A stretch of 55,781 nt of DNA. Source: a virus. Lineage: Duplodnaviria; Caudoviricetes. Both the position numbers and the translations under genes were made by a program. Each line of letters begins with the position of its first letter. The stretch's first letter is position 1. Location of the stretch: positions 1 to 55,781 of the IMG/VR virus record IMGVR_UViG_3300037847_002600; one strand, given 5' to 3'. Shown here piece by piece: positions 1 to 7,597 of the stretch. The notes beneath the pieces are model-generated. The model made no database searches. It saw only the letters and a list, made by a program, of their open reading frames with translations, and was not told the DNA's origin.

Positions 1-100
1 AAACTGGTACTAGAACTTCAGTGGGATTGAGGAGCTTGGCTTTTCGCCATGGCCTTGTAGAGTCATCCTCACCTTTGCGTGCCCACGTGCCGTAGACCTT
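1..100. repeat. Terminal overlap, copy 1 (circular assembly junction)
   Basis: Matches 55682-55781 at 96/100 nt; mismatches at positions 32, 35, 37 and 77. Confidence 0.95.
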
Positions 101-694
101 CCAAATACGAGACGGATTGAATACTAGTTGGTCCACCTTGGCTCCGTCCTCGTTGCAGAGGAACGCCAGAGTGTCTAGGGCTTCGCGGATCATAGACGAC
201 GGGATGTCTTCACATCTGTACATGAGGTGGTAACCGTTGCCCGAATCGCCCATCAACGGCGCGGGCCACCCTCTTGTTGTCAAGACTTCTAGTACATTCT
301 GGCAGACACGCTCCGCTTCTGCCTTCTCCTCTGCCGTTGCGGACATACCGGCGGGGCGTTCGGGGTCAATGTCGATAAGTATCCACTTAACTTGTTGAAT
401 ATCGGCGTCATGCGCCTGTTCACCGCGTGAACATGGACCTACTTGGTTAAGACGGGCCGTTTTCGCGCTGTTCTTAATAGGATTGGGTGTAAAGTAGACT
501 CCCGACGCCCCTTTCTGCGATAATGCCCCGGCTGCTTGGGCAAATAGGTCCATATCGTCGTAATATCCGCTGAATGTGCGGTTAACGCCGTCGGCACAGG
601 GGACACGCAGGGCTCGAAGCTCTACGATCTGTCCATCTTCCACGATTGAGCGTAAGGCCGAAGCGATTTCGGCCAGATCTGTTGTATATGGCAA
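1..694 (-). CDS. AEP primase-polymerase N-terminal part of primase-helicase (continues across the junction at 55681)
   Basis: Manual translation from TTG at 694 (GGAGGGG RBS): MPYTTDLAEI...WILIDIDPERP...MGDSGNGYHLMY...VDQLVFNPSRIWKVYGT. Has AEP motifs DxD, SGxGxH and D..N..R, and is in frame with 53910..55681. Confidence 0.9.
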   Translation of the reverse strand, partial: MPYTTDLAEIASALRSIVEDGQIVELRALRVPCADGVNRTFSGYYDDMDLFAQAAGALSQKGASGVYFTPNPIKNSAKTARLNQVGPCSRGEQAHDADIQQVKWILIDIDPERPAGMSATAEEKAEAERVCQNVLEVLTTRGWPAPLMGDSGNGYHLMYRCEDIPSSMIREALDTLAFLCNEDGAKVDQLVFNPSRIWKVYGTWARKGEDDSTRPWRKAKLLNPTEVLVPV

Positions 695-704
695 GTTCCC
701 CTCC

Positions 705-935
705 CTAGAATAGGTTTAGCTGCTTGTGTGATTCGTCATATGGGTCGAACACCTCTTCGGGACGTAACATATGCTCGACTGCTAGGGGAGGGATACGTAG
801 TAAACCCCCCACACGGTAAGCCCTCAGCGTGCCGTTGCGTATCCAGCGTTGGATCGTGCGGATACTTACGTTCATATAAGTAGCTACTTCCCTTATACTG
901 AGCATCTGCTCGCCTAATCTGTCGTTGACTGGCAT
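705..935 (-). CDS. Excisionase/MerR-like HTH_17 DNA-binding protein with C-terminal QLNLF
   Basis: MLSIREVATYMNVSIRTIQRWIRNGTLRAYRVGGLLRI is the typical HTH_17 pattern; ATG at 935 follows GGAGG. Confidence 0.85.
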   Translation of the reverse strand: MPVNDRLGEQMLSIREVATYMNVSIRTIQRWIRNGTLRAYRVGGLLRIPPLAVEHMLRPEEVFDPYDESHKQLNLF

Positions 936-959
936 CGTACCTCCCTCAAGGTGCGACAA

Positions 960-988
960 ATGGTAACAAATGACGACACCCCCCGCAA
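960..988 (-). promoter_or_regulatory. Sigma70-type promoter for the HTH/primase operon
   Basis: Minus strand TTGCGG-N17-TACCAT with an extended -10 TG, 25 nt upstream of the HTH start codon. Confidence 0.65.
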
Positions 989-1008
989 GGAAAAGTCTGA
1001 TTTTGCCC

Positions 1009-1282
1009 TGCTACCGAACTGCTACCGAAGTTTGGTAGCACTACTATCTACTTAGAACCTAGCATATCCTCTGACTGCTACCTGCTACCGTTTTTTCCGG
1101 TATAGGCGCTGTATAAAAAGAGAAAAGTACGTTTACTATTTTCTATATTTAGTAGTTGTATATAGCTCTTATAAAGATGTTACCTGACTACCGGTAGCAT
1201 GGTAGCATGGTAGCATTACGTTTATATTATAGGTTTAACCTCGATACCTTACTGCTACCGAATGCTACCAAACGCTACCGAA
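1009..1282. repeat. Iteron array with AT-rich core, putative replication origin
   Basis: TGCTACC at 1009, 1020, 1076, 1083, 1253 and 1263; reverse GGTAGCA at 1034, 1193, 1201 and 1209; variants at 1178, 1186 and 1273. AT-rich core at about 1090-1180; non-coding. Confidence 0.75.
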
Positions 1283-1481
1283 CTAGCCTCAGCACGGGCC
1301 TGTGAGTACGCGATCGCATAGTAACTACAAGATATACTCGTTTGGTTCCCCTGCGAAAACGTTTACGCACCCCCACATCTATTGGGATTAACTAAAAGTG
1401 AAAAATAGTACGTCATGTTGAGCGCACATATCCGGAACGGATCCCCCTCCCCCCAAAGCGGGGGTGCCTCGCCACGCGCAC

Positions 1482-1517
1482 AAAAGCCCCGCGCACCGCG
1501 TGAGCGGCGCACGAGGC
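1482..1517 (-). terminator. Intrinsic terminator of the leftward early transcript
   Basis: Minus-strand RNA GCCUCGUGCGCCGC-UCAC-GCGGUGCGCGGGGC-UUUU forms a 14-bp stem. Its 3 G-U pairs only work on this strand. Confidence 0.75.
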
Positions 1518-1571
1518 GAGCGGCAACGCGTGACCCGTGCGACGTGCGCCGCAACGGGTGCCGCCTTCGCG

Positions 1572-2054
1572 CTACGAAGCGGTGGGCGGGTACACGCGCC
1601 AGTCCGGCTGCCGACGCGTACCGGCGACCAGCGCCCAGCCCTCCTCGACCGTGCAGCCGGTCGCCTTCGCGACACTACGCGCAGCAGCCACGAGCGTACG
1701 AACCTTGGCGGCCTCGACGGGGTCGAGCGGCTTGATATCCTCCCACGCGGGGAGTGCGTGCATCGGGGACGCGTAGGGCTGGTCAACGCACCCGTATGCG
1801 TTCAGGTCGAACCCTGCCTGCTCCACGTCCCATTCATGCTCTGCCGCCGCGATAAGCATCTCCCCCGCCGTGCGTAGCTGGCAGCGTGTGTGAATGCCCA
1901 CCACGAGCATAGGGCGCTTGATACCCTCTTTTACCCACGTTTGCGCCTCGTCGTCGTGCGCAATGTTCCAGTCGCGCTCCTGATACGCGAAGGTGACCTT
2001 TCGTAGCTTATCGTCTGTGTATACGTTGCTTTTTATTGTGACTTTCGTCTTCAT
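1572..2054 (-). CDS. Hypothetical protein (160 aa)
   Basis: ATG at 2054 after a GGGAGAG RBS; globular-looking sequence; followed by the terminator. Confidence 0.65.
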   Translation of the reverse strand: MKTKVTIKSNVYTDDKLRKVTFAYQERDWNIAHDDEAQTWVKEGIKRPMLVVGIHTRCQLRTAGEMLIAAAEHEWDVEQAGFDLNAYGCVDQPYASPMHALPAWEDIKPLDPVEAAKVRTLVAAARSVAKATGCTVEEGWALVAGTRRQPDWRVYPPTAS

Positions 2055-2330
2055 TTTCTCTGCTCTCCCTGCACCCGTGCCGAGTGCGTGTGCCCCGTAT
2101 GCGCGGGGCAGCGCGTCCGACGGACGACCCGCCGGACGAAGACAGAATAGCCCGAACCCCGCCCCGTGGTAGTTTTCGTGACATTCCGTGACAACTTCGG
2201 CGATATTCGGCGTTTGCCCGTGGTCCAGCTTCGAATGTCCAGAATGTGTCAAGCTACGCGTGTGTGTACCTACGAAGCGCACGCGTCGTGTGTGCGCCTG
2301 CGCGTGCGCATGTGTGCGCGGGCGCGCCCG

Positions 2331-2558
2331 TTACGTATCGCATAGTCGCACGGTCTCGTGGTACGTCTCAAGCGTACGGAACCTGAACGTGCACGCGTCG
2401 CAGCTACGCGTGCGTACTACGAAGCCCGTGCCATCGGGTACGCGCTCGCACGCCCAGCGTTGCAGGTATCGCACGCCCGCGTTGCTCGCGTAATGTATTC
2501 CCGACTTCGCGGTCTCGTGCACGCGTGTGCGTAATGATTTGCATTCCGGACATTCCAT
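2331..2558 (-). CDS. NrdR-like N-terminal zinc-ribbon protein (no ATP cone)
   Basis: MECPECKSLRTRVHET...VVRTRSCDACTFRFRTLE matches the NrdR ribbon pattern CPxC..T.V.....R.R.CxxC..RF.T.E; GGAG RBS. Confidence 0.7.
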   Translation of the reverse strand: MECPECKSLRTRVHETAKSGIHYASNAGVRYLQRWACERVPDGTGFVVRTRSCDACTFRFRTLETYHETVRLCDT

Positions 2559-2589
2559 GCGCGTGCGCTCCCCGTGCATACGTACCCCC

Positions 2590-2725
2590 GTATGGTGGGT
2601 CGGCTAGTTTGTCAAGAAAAGAGGCGAAAAAAACTTTTTTTGAATATTTTTTGGCCACCTAAACCCGCTGTTTATGCGGTTCTACAGCGATTCAACAAAA
2701 TATCCTGTTTGCAGCCACAAGCCAG
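2590..2725. promoter_or_regulatory. AT-rich divergent control region
   Basis: A/T tracts at 2617-2652 between divergent genes; minus-strand TTGACA at 2615-2610, but no clean -10. Confidence 0.4.
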
Positions 2726-2904
2726 CGGGGTATGTGGTCCCTGTCGGTCGTGCTTTGCGTCGCCACGGTGGCGGTGCGGGGCGCGGCTGACACGGGGCGC
2801 GTGCGCAATAGCGCGTATGCGAACCCCGTTTAATCCTTGCGCGTGTACGTTGTGTGCGTGCGCAAACCGTGGAGCGCACGAGACCCGTGCGCGTGGAGGT
2901 AGCG

Positions 2905-3342
2905 ATGAGTCCGAAAGAGAAACTAGCGCATGCGAAACAGGCGCTCGCTTGCTTGGTCGAGGCCGACAAGCTTATGAAGATTGTTAACAAGCCCGTGGAC
3001 AAGGGCGGGCACGGGTGCAAGCACCTCACGCATGGCTGGGGTAAGGCCCCGCAGTGCACACGCCGTGTCACGTGGGCGCGACAGAACGCCGTCAAGTGGG
3101 TGGCGCAGTGCGAAGCGGATTTGGCCGCGCACCAAGAGCGCGTGGAGCGTGAGGAGCGTGAGCGCAAAGCCTTAGAGAATCGCGAGGCACAGAAACGTGT
3201 GGAGCGCGTGCAGTTCAGGCGCACACGTGACTGGAACGCCAAGCTCGGGCACATTCAGAGCGCAATCGCGGACCTTGAGCGTCAGCGCGAGTGTGTACTA
3301 AACAACATGCACGCATACGGTGTGGAGGTGCAGGGTGACTAA
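2905..3342 (+). CDS. Hypothetical coiled-coil early protein
   Basis: ATG after GGAGGT; charged helical C-terminal half. Confidence 0.7.
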   Translation: MSPKEKLAHAKQALACLVEADKLMKIVNKPVDKGGHGCKHLTHGWGKAPQCTRRVTWARQNAVKWVAQCEADLAAHQERVEREERERKALENREAQKRVERVQFRRTRDWNAKLGHIQSAIADLERQRECVLNNMHAYGVEVQGD

Positions 3343-3493
3343 CGCCGAGTTCGCCCGTACAAACGGGCAGTTCCGCGCAGCGTGTGAGCGTGCAGGCATC
3401 GAGCCTACACGCCGACAGGCTAGCAAGTTTCGAAACAAGACAGGCGCAGCGTGGGCTGCGCGTAAGGGAGGGTCGAATGTTGAATCCGAATGA
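3335..3493 (+). CDS. Small basic hypothetical protein (52 aa, not in ORF track)
   Basis: GTG after GGAGGTG: MTNAEFARTNGQFRAACERAGIEPTRRQASKFRNKTGAAWAARKGGSNVESE; overlaps both neighbours. Confidence 0.65.
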   Translation: MTNAEFARTNGQFRAACERAGIEPTRRQASKFRNKTGAAWAARKGGSNVESE

Positions 3494-3692
3494 GTTGTGG
3501 TTGTGGCACACGCAGTCGCCTTCGGGCGAGCGTCTGCCTGTGTTCCGTGCGGCGACGCGTGACGATGCGGTCGAGTACTGCGAGCGCGTAGGTTGGACCG
3601 AGTTGCAGCACTTGCAGGGGTTCTGCCCTCGTGTGTACGAGGTTGACCGAGCGACGGGCGACGTTGTGCGTAGGGAGGTGTCCGATGCTTAG
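3477..3692 (+). CDS. Hypothetical protein
   Basis: ATG after GGAGG; part of the coupled early-gene chain. Confidence 0.6.
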   Translation: MLNPNELWLWHTQSPSGERLPVFRAATRDDAVEYCERVGWTELQHLQGFCPRVYEVDRATGDVVRREVSDA

Positions 3693-3942
3693 AGACCTCG
3701 TACGGAAACACGTGGACGAAGACCTCGTATGGGTGATCGTGATTACATGCGTGCCCATGCTGATAGGCTGTGTGGCTATCAAGCACGGAACACGCAGCGT
3801 CGCGCAACAACATGCGTACACGTGGGAGACATGCGCTCCCCTGTGCGTGATAGACGGACTGCAATACGAGCCTAGGCGGTTCGAGTCTGGTGAATGCTGG
3901 TGCGATATGCAGCGCGTTCGTATGGGGGTGACCGATGGGTGA
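3685..3942 (+). CDS. Small Cys-rich membrane protein
   Basis: ATG after GGAGGTG; hydrophobic LVWVIVITCVPMLIGCVAI followed by CxxxC...CxC. Confidence 0.6.
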   Translation: MLRDLVRKHVDEDLVWVIVITCVPMLIGCVAIKHGTRSVAQQHAYTWETCAPLCVIDGLQYEPRRFESGECWCDMQRVRMGVTDG

Positions 3943-4033
3943 GCTACTGTTCACAGGTTGGGACCTGTTCTTTTACACGTGCGCCATGTTCGCGCTCTAC
4001 GTCGGGTTCATGCTCGCAGGGGGTGACGCATGA
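3935..4033 (+). CDS. Micro membrane peptide (32 aa, not in ORF track)
   Basis: MGELLFTGWDLFFYTCAMFALYVGFMLAGGDA; GGGGGTGA RBS; exactly bridges its two neighbours. Confidence 0.55.
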   Translation: MGELLFTGWDLFFYTCAMFALYVGFMLAGGDA

Positions 4034-4302
4034 GCGCACACGACGAAGCGTATATCGCTAAGTTCCAGCCCGAGCCTAACGCGTACGTCATACACGCGGA
4101 CGACACGGGTGAGATGAAGTACTTCCCCACGGACGCTAGCCTGCGACGCTACTGCATGGGCAAGCGTGCGTGGTGCGGGTTTCGCATGGTAGATGACCCC
4201 AAACACAGACACCACGGCATGTATATGCGTGTGTATCCACGAGACGACGAACGCGTAGTCGAGGGTAAACCTGTGATTGCGTGGGATGGAGGTGAGGAAT
4301 GA
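4030..4302 (+). CDS. Hypothetical protein
   Basis: ATGA overlap with the upstream stop; RBS present; ends DGGEE. Confidence 0.65.
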   Translation: MSAHDEAYIAKFQPEPNAYVIHADDTGEMKYFPTDASLRRYCMGKRAWCGFRMVDDPKHRHHGMYMRVYPRDDERVVEGKPVIAWDGGEE

Positions 4303-4515
4303 ATAGAGACACGGTAGCCACATACCGCATAGGCACCCATACCATAGAGGTAGACCTGTGCTGGGAGGGCGAGGAGGGGGCGTTGATCGTCGGCATTCTC
4401 GATACGCAGGGCGCATGCATTAGTCAAGGCGACCCGCACTATGGCGACGTGAGCAAGCTCCTCGAAACGCTGAAAGAAGTAGACCGGATAATCGGGGATG
4501 GAGGTGAGGAATGAA
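4283..4515 (+). repeat. 21-bp direct repeat flanking one gene
   Basis: GGGATGGAGGTGAGGAATGAA at 4283-4303 and 4495-4515. Confidence 0.9.
4299..4514 (+). CDS. Small acidic hypothetical protein
   Basis: Strong RBS and ATGA coupling; ends DGGEE. Confidence 0.65.
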   Translation: MNRDTVATYRIGTHTIEVDLCWEGEEGALIVGILDTQGACISQGDPHYGDVSKLLETLKEVDRIIGDGGEE

Positions 4516-5602
4516 GATGCAACGAATGCGAAAGATGACATGGGAGCGGTTGCGTGCGTACCACGCGGTGGACTCGTGGGACACGGACGTGCACTCACAG
4601 TTTCGGCCCCACTTGCCGATGCTGCCTGCGTTGCAGTTCGTGCGTCCGGAGGTTGACTGGCTGAACATCACGAACGAGCAGGCGCTAGCGGCTATGGCGC
4701 TCACGCCCTCGGGTGCTGTGCGCCCGTTGCTCACCACGAACACGAAGACACGCAAGAGTACAGGCGTGGGTATGTCCACGATGCTGCTGCACCTGTCGCC
4801 CTCGACCGAGTCCGGCTTCAACACGTGCGGACATGCGACGGGCGTCAAGCGTGGCGTCATCACAGCGGGCGTCGGGTGCGCAGGTAACTGCCTTGTGAAC
4901 GCAGGCCAGATGATACTTGACACGTCCAAGGTCTCGCGCATACTCAAGACCGCGCTATACGTGCACTTCGAGCGTATGTTCCTGTGGTTGCTTGACGACC
5001 AACTAACGCGCCATTCGCGCAGCGTTGCGCGGTTGAACATGCGCGAGGCACGACACGGTACGTCGTACATCACAGGCGTACGCTTGAACGGTACGTCCGA
5101 CATACAGTGGGTGCGTCATCACCGATGGCTCATCGAGAAGCATGCGGACATTGTGTTCTACGACTACACGAAGTACCCGTACCAGTTCGCGAGCGCCAAG
5201 CACGTGGACAAGTACAACGTACGCAACTACCACACGACGTACAGTCTACCATCCACGCGCCGGTCACACCTGCGACGTGCGCGTGAGTGGATGCGGCGTG
5301 GTCACAACGTCGCCATCGTGCTGCGCACACGTGCACAGGTGGAGGAGTTGCTAGCCCGTGGTGAGTTCATGGGGCGGTACGTCATCGACGGCGACGAGTC
5401 AGACGCACGCCCGCTCGACAAGCACGAGCGCATAGGCGGCTGGGTGTTGCTGTATGCGAAGGGACATAAGGCGTGCGGCATCAACCGCGAGGATGATTTC
5501 TTTCTGGACCTGCATCGTGCGGAGTTGCCCACGTGGGAGGAGCGTACGTGGGTGCCGCTTCCCGCACAATACGAGCGAGAGGTGACACATGAGTTGCAGT
5601 AG
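4511..5602 (+). CDS. GP88-like protein (radical-SAM-like)
   Basis: Motifs LL..NTK..K, NTC...GCAGNCL, VRLNGTSDI, FYDYTK, NYHTTYS, VIDGDESDAR and LYAKG, recalled from the GP88 family. Confidence 0.7.
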   Translation: MKMQRMRKMTWERLRAYHAVDSWDTDVHSQFRPHLPMLPALQFVRPEVDWLNITNEQALAAMALTPSGAVRPLLTTNTKTRKSTGVGMSTMLLHLSPSTESGFNTCGHATGVKRGVITAGVGCAGNCLVNAGQMILDTSKVSRILKTALYVHFERMFLWLLDDQLTRHSRSVARLNMREARHGTSYITGVRLNGTSDIQWVRHHRWLIEKHADIVFYDYTKYPYQFASAKHVDKYNVRNYHTTYSLPSTRRSHLRRAREWMRRGHNVAIVLRTRAQVEELLARGEFMGRYVIDGDESDARPLDKHERIGGWVLLYAKGHKACGINREDDFFLDLHRAELPTWEERTWVPLPAQYEREVTHELQ

Positions 5603-5876
5603 ATGTCGCGCAACGTGGGACGACCCGCGTTGCAACTGCGAAGAGGAAGAGCGCGAGCGTCAGTACGACCTCGCGTGCGAGGACTACGAGCGGGAGGTGC
5701 GCGAGTACCGTGCCCGCATCATCGAATACCTAAACGCGTGGATAGTGTACGAGTACCAACTTCACGCGAACGTAGGTGACATACGGGAACCGGTGCTAGC
5801 GCCCGCACCGATACACCCAGACGACATGGAGGAGTGGATAGAGGCGCACGAACCGAGTGAAGAGATTCCGTTTTAA
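5589..5876 (+). CDS. Acidic Cys-containing protein ending in EEIPF
   Basis: CxxC..CxC at the N-terminus; about 25 D/E versus 10 R; GAGGTGA RBS. Confidence 0.7.
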   Translation: MSCSRCRATWDDPRCNCEEEERERQYDLACEDYEREVREYRARIIEYLNAWIVYEYQLHANVGDIREPVLAPAPIHPDDMEEWIEAHEPSEEIPF

Positions 5877-5914
5877 CAACACACGTGCGCGGCATGCGCA
5901 CACTGGAGCATAGT

Positions 5915-6199
5915 ATGGGTATATGTAAAGAGGTGTACGCAGGGTACATCGAGATTGACGTGGACTTTGAGGCCGACGAGCTTGTCGAGCACATGGCGGA
6001 TGCGGGCGTGAATATGGAGATGATTTGTAATCACATGCCCAACGACACCATCGTGCGTGGGTTGCGCGAGTACATGTGCGGGGACTGTGACGACCCCGTG
6101 GAGTACAGCATGCTCGAACAACTGGAGGAGCTGGTCAAGGATGCGCGTGCACAGCACGAGCGGGTGAGCGCAGCAGCGCAGGAGGTGAGCGATGGGTAA
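5915..6199 (+). CDS. Highly acidic hypothetical protein
   Basis: ATG after GGAG; about 23 D/E versus 6 K/R in 94 aa. Confidence 0.65.
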   Translation: MGICKEVYAGYIEIDVDFEADELVEHMADAGVNMEMICNHMPNDTIVRGLREYMCGDCDDPVEYSMLEQLEELVKDARAQHERVSAAAQEVSDG

Positions 6200-6431
6200 G
6201 GTAGAGAAGCTTGAGTCAGGAGCGATAGACGTGGGCGGTACGCACAGACCAGTGCACCTGTCCGTGTCGGGAGACGTGAGCGTGCAGGCGTTGGAACGTC
6301 TGTGCAAGACGATGCGTGAGTCGTGCGGAGACGCTGCCATAGCGTATGCGCACACGGATGCAGATGGGAACGAAACGATTCGACTATTCGGGTACGAGCC
6401 TAAGGCTACGGAGGTGAAGCATGGCGCATGA
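6192..6431 (+). CDS. Hypothetical protein
   Basis: GGAGGTGA RBS; coupled overlaps. Confidence 0.6.
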   Translation: MGKVEKLESGAIDVGGTHRPVHLSVSGDVSVQALERLCKTMRESCGDAAIAYAHTDADGNETIRLFGYEPKATEVKHGA

Positions 6432-7467
6432 ACTAGACATGAGCAACGGACGAGCGAACATGATGTATGCGGGTGCACGCCCGTGGCACGGACTAGGTAA
6501 GTACGTAGGCGACCAGCCCGTGACTGCGGAGGAGGCAATCGTCGCCGCAGGTATGGACTGGGACGTGAACCTGCGCGAGATGTACACGTACCCGACGGAC
6601 ACCAGCCTCGCAGTGCAGGTGCCCGACCGGTTCGCGGTTACGCGTAGCGACACGCACGACGTGCTCGGTACGGTAGGCAAGGTGTTCACACCCTTGCAGA
6701 ATCGCGAGGCGTTCAAGTTCATGGACGCGGTCGCAGGCCCCGAGCGTCTCGTGCGCTACCACACGGCGGGTTCGCTGTTCGGTGGCGAGCAGGTGTGGTT
6801 GCTTGCCGAGCTTACGAACCTCGTGGCGGACATCGTACCTAACGACCCGTTGCGCCCGTACATGTGCCTTATCAACGGACACACAGGCAAGATGAACTTG
6901 CAGGTGTTCCCCACGGCTGTGCGTGTTGTGTGCAACAACACGAAGACGATGGCGATAGGCAAGGCGAGAGAGGACAAGGACACGAGCCCGTACGTGAAGA
7001 TACGCCACTCGCGTAGGATTCACGACAAGGTCGAGGAGGCGCGACGTGCGCTAGGCTTTGCGGTCGAGCGCGTGGAGTTGTTCACGGGGTGCATGCGTCA
7101 CCTCGCACGCAAGCCCATCACGTCTGCCCAGTGGAGCGACGTACTGGACCAGCTTGTCCCCGTGCCTGAGTTGCCCGAGGGTAAGGACTCCTCACGTGGA
7201 CGCACGATGGCGATGAACAAGCACGCACGACTCACGGAGTTGTTCGAGGCAGGCATCGGTACAGACATCCCCGGTGTGCGTGGCACGGGTTGGGGTGCGT
7301 ACAATGCGATCACGCAGTACACGACACACGATTTCGCTGTGCGTGCAGGCAACAAGGACGCGTCCGACTACCAGCAACGCAAGAGCGAGCGGTTGCTCGA
7401 CTCCTCGTGGTTCGGCGCAGGTGCGGACATGAACAAGCGTGGCCTGAAGCTACTGCTTGATGCATGA
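6421..7467 (+). CDS. DUF932 / phage-plasmid-like (TIGR03299-type) protein
   Basis: MAHEL...PWHGLG...AGMDW.V...LG.VG..F.PLQN.EAF...TAGSL.GG..VW.LA...RVVC.NT...IRH...GT.WGAYNAITQY. Confidence 0.85.
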   Translation: MAHELDMSNGRANMMYAGARPWHGLGKYVGDQPVTAEEAIVAAGMDWDVNLREMYTYPTDTSLAVQVPDRFAVTRSDTHDVLGTVGKVFTPLQNREAFKFMDAVAGPERLVRYHTAGSLFGGEQVWLLAELTNLVADIVPNDPLRPYMCLINGHTGKMNLQVFPTAVRVVCNNTKTMAIGKAREDKDTSPYVKIRHSRRIHDKVEEARRALGFAVERVELFTGCMRHLARKPITSAQWSDVLDQLVPVPELPEGKDSSRGRTMAMNKHARLTELFEAGIGTDIPGVRGTGWGAYNAITQYTTHDFAVRAGNKDASDYQQRKSERLLDSSWFGAGADMNKRGLKLLLDA

Positions 7468-7550
7468 TAGACGTGTCCGCTAAGCTGCTCACCCTGTGCG
7501 TGTGTGTGCTCACAGGGTGGTGGCTCTTCAAACAGTATGACTACAAGTGA
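7464..7550 (+). CDS. Possible micro membrane peptide (28 aa)
   Basis: MIDVSAKLLTLCVCVLTGWWLFKQYDYK, ATGA-coupled; overlaps a 9-bp hairpin at 7490-7519. Confidence 0.35.
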   Translation: MIDVSAKLLTLCVCVLTGWWLFKQYDYK

Positions 7551-7555
7551 GCCTT

Positions 7556-7585
7556 GCGCACCGGTGCACATGCCGGTGCGCCTTT
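7556..7585 (+). terminator. Possible terminator/attenuator hairpin
   Basis: GCGCACCGG-N8-CCGGTGCGC followed by CTTT (short U tract). Confidence 0.4.
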
Positions 7586-7597
7586 GGAGATACGTAG

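Noticed and set aside
705-935. Excisionase implying a prophage or temperate lifestyle
   Set aside because: No integrase, repressor, att site or host flank is recognisable.
1009-1282. Short repeats as a CRISPR mini-array
   Set aside because: The units are 7-10 bp, in both orientations and lack regular 30-40 bp spacers; they fit iterons.
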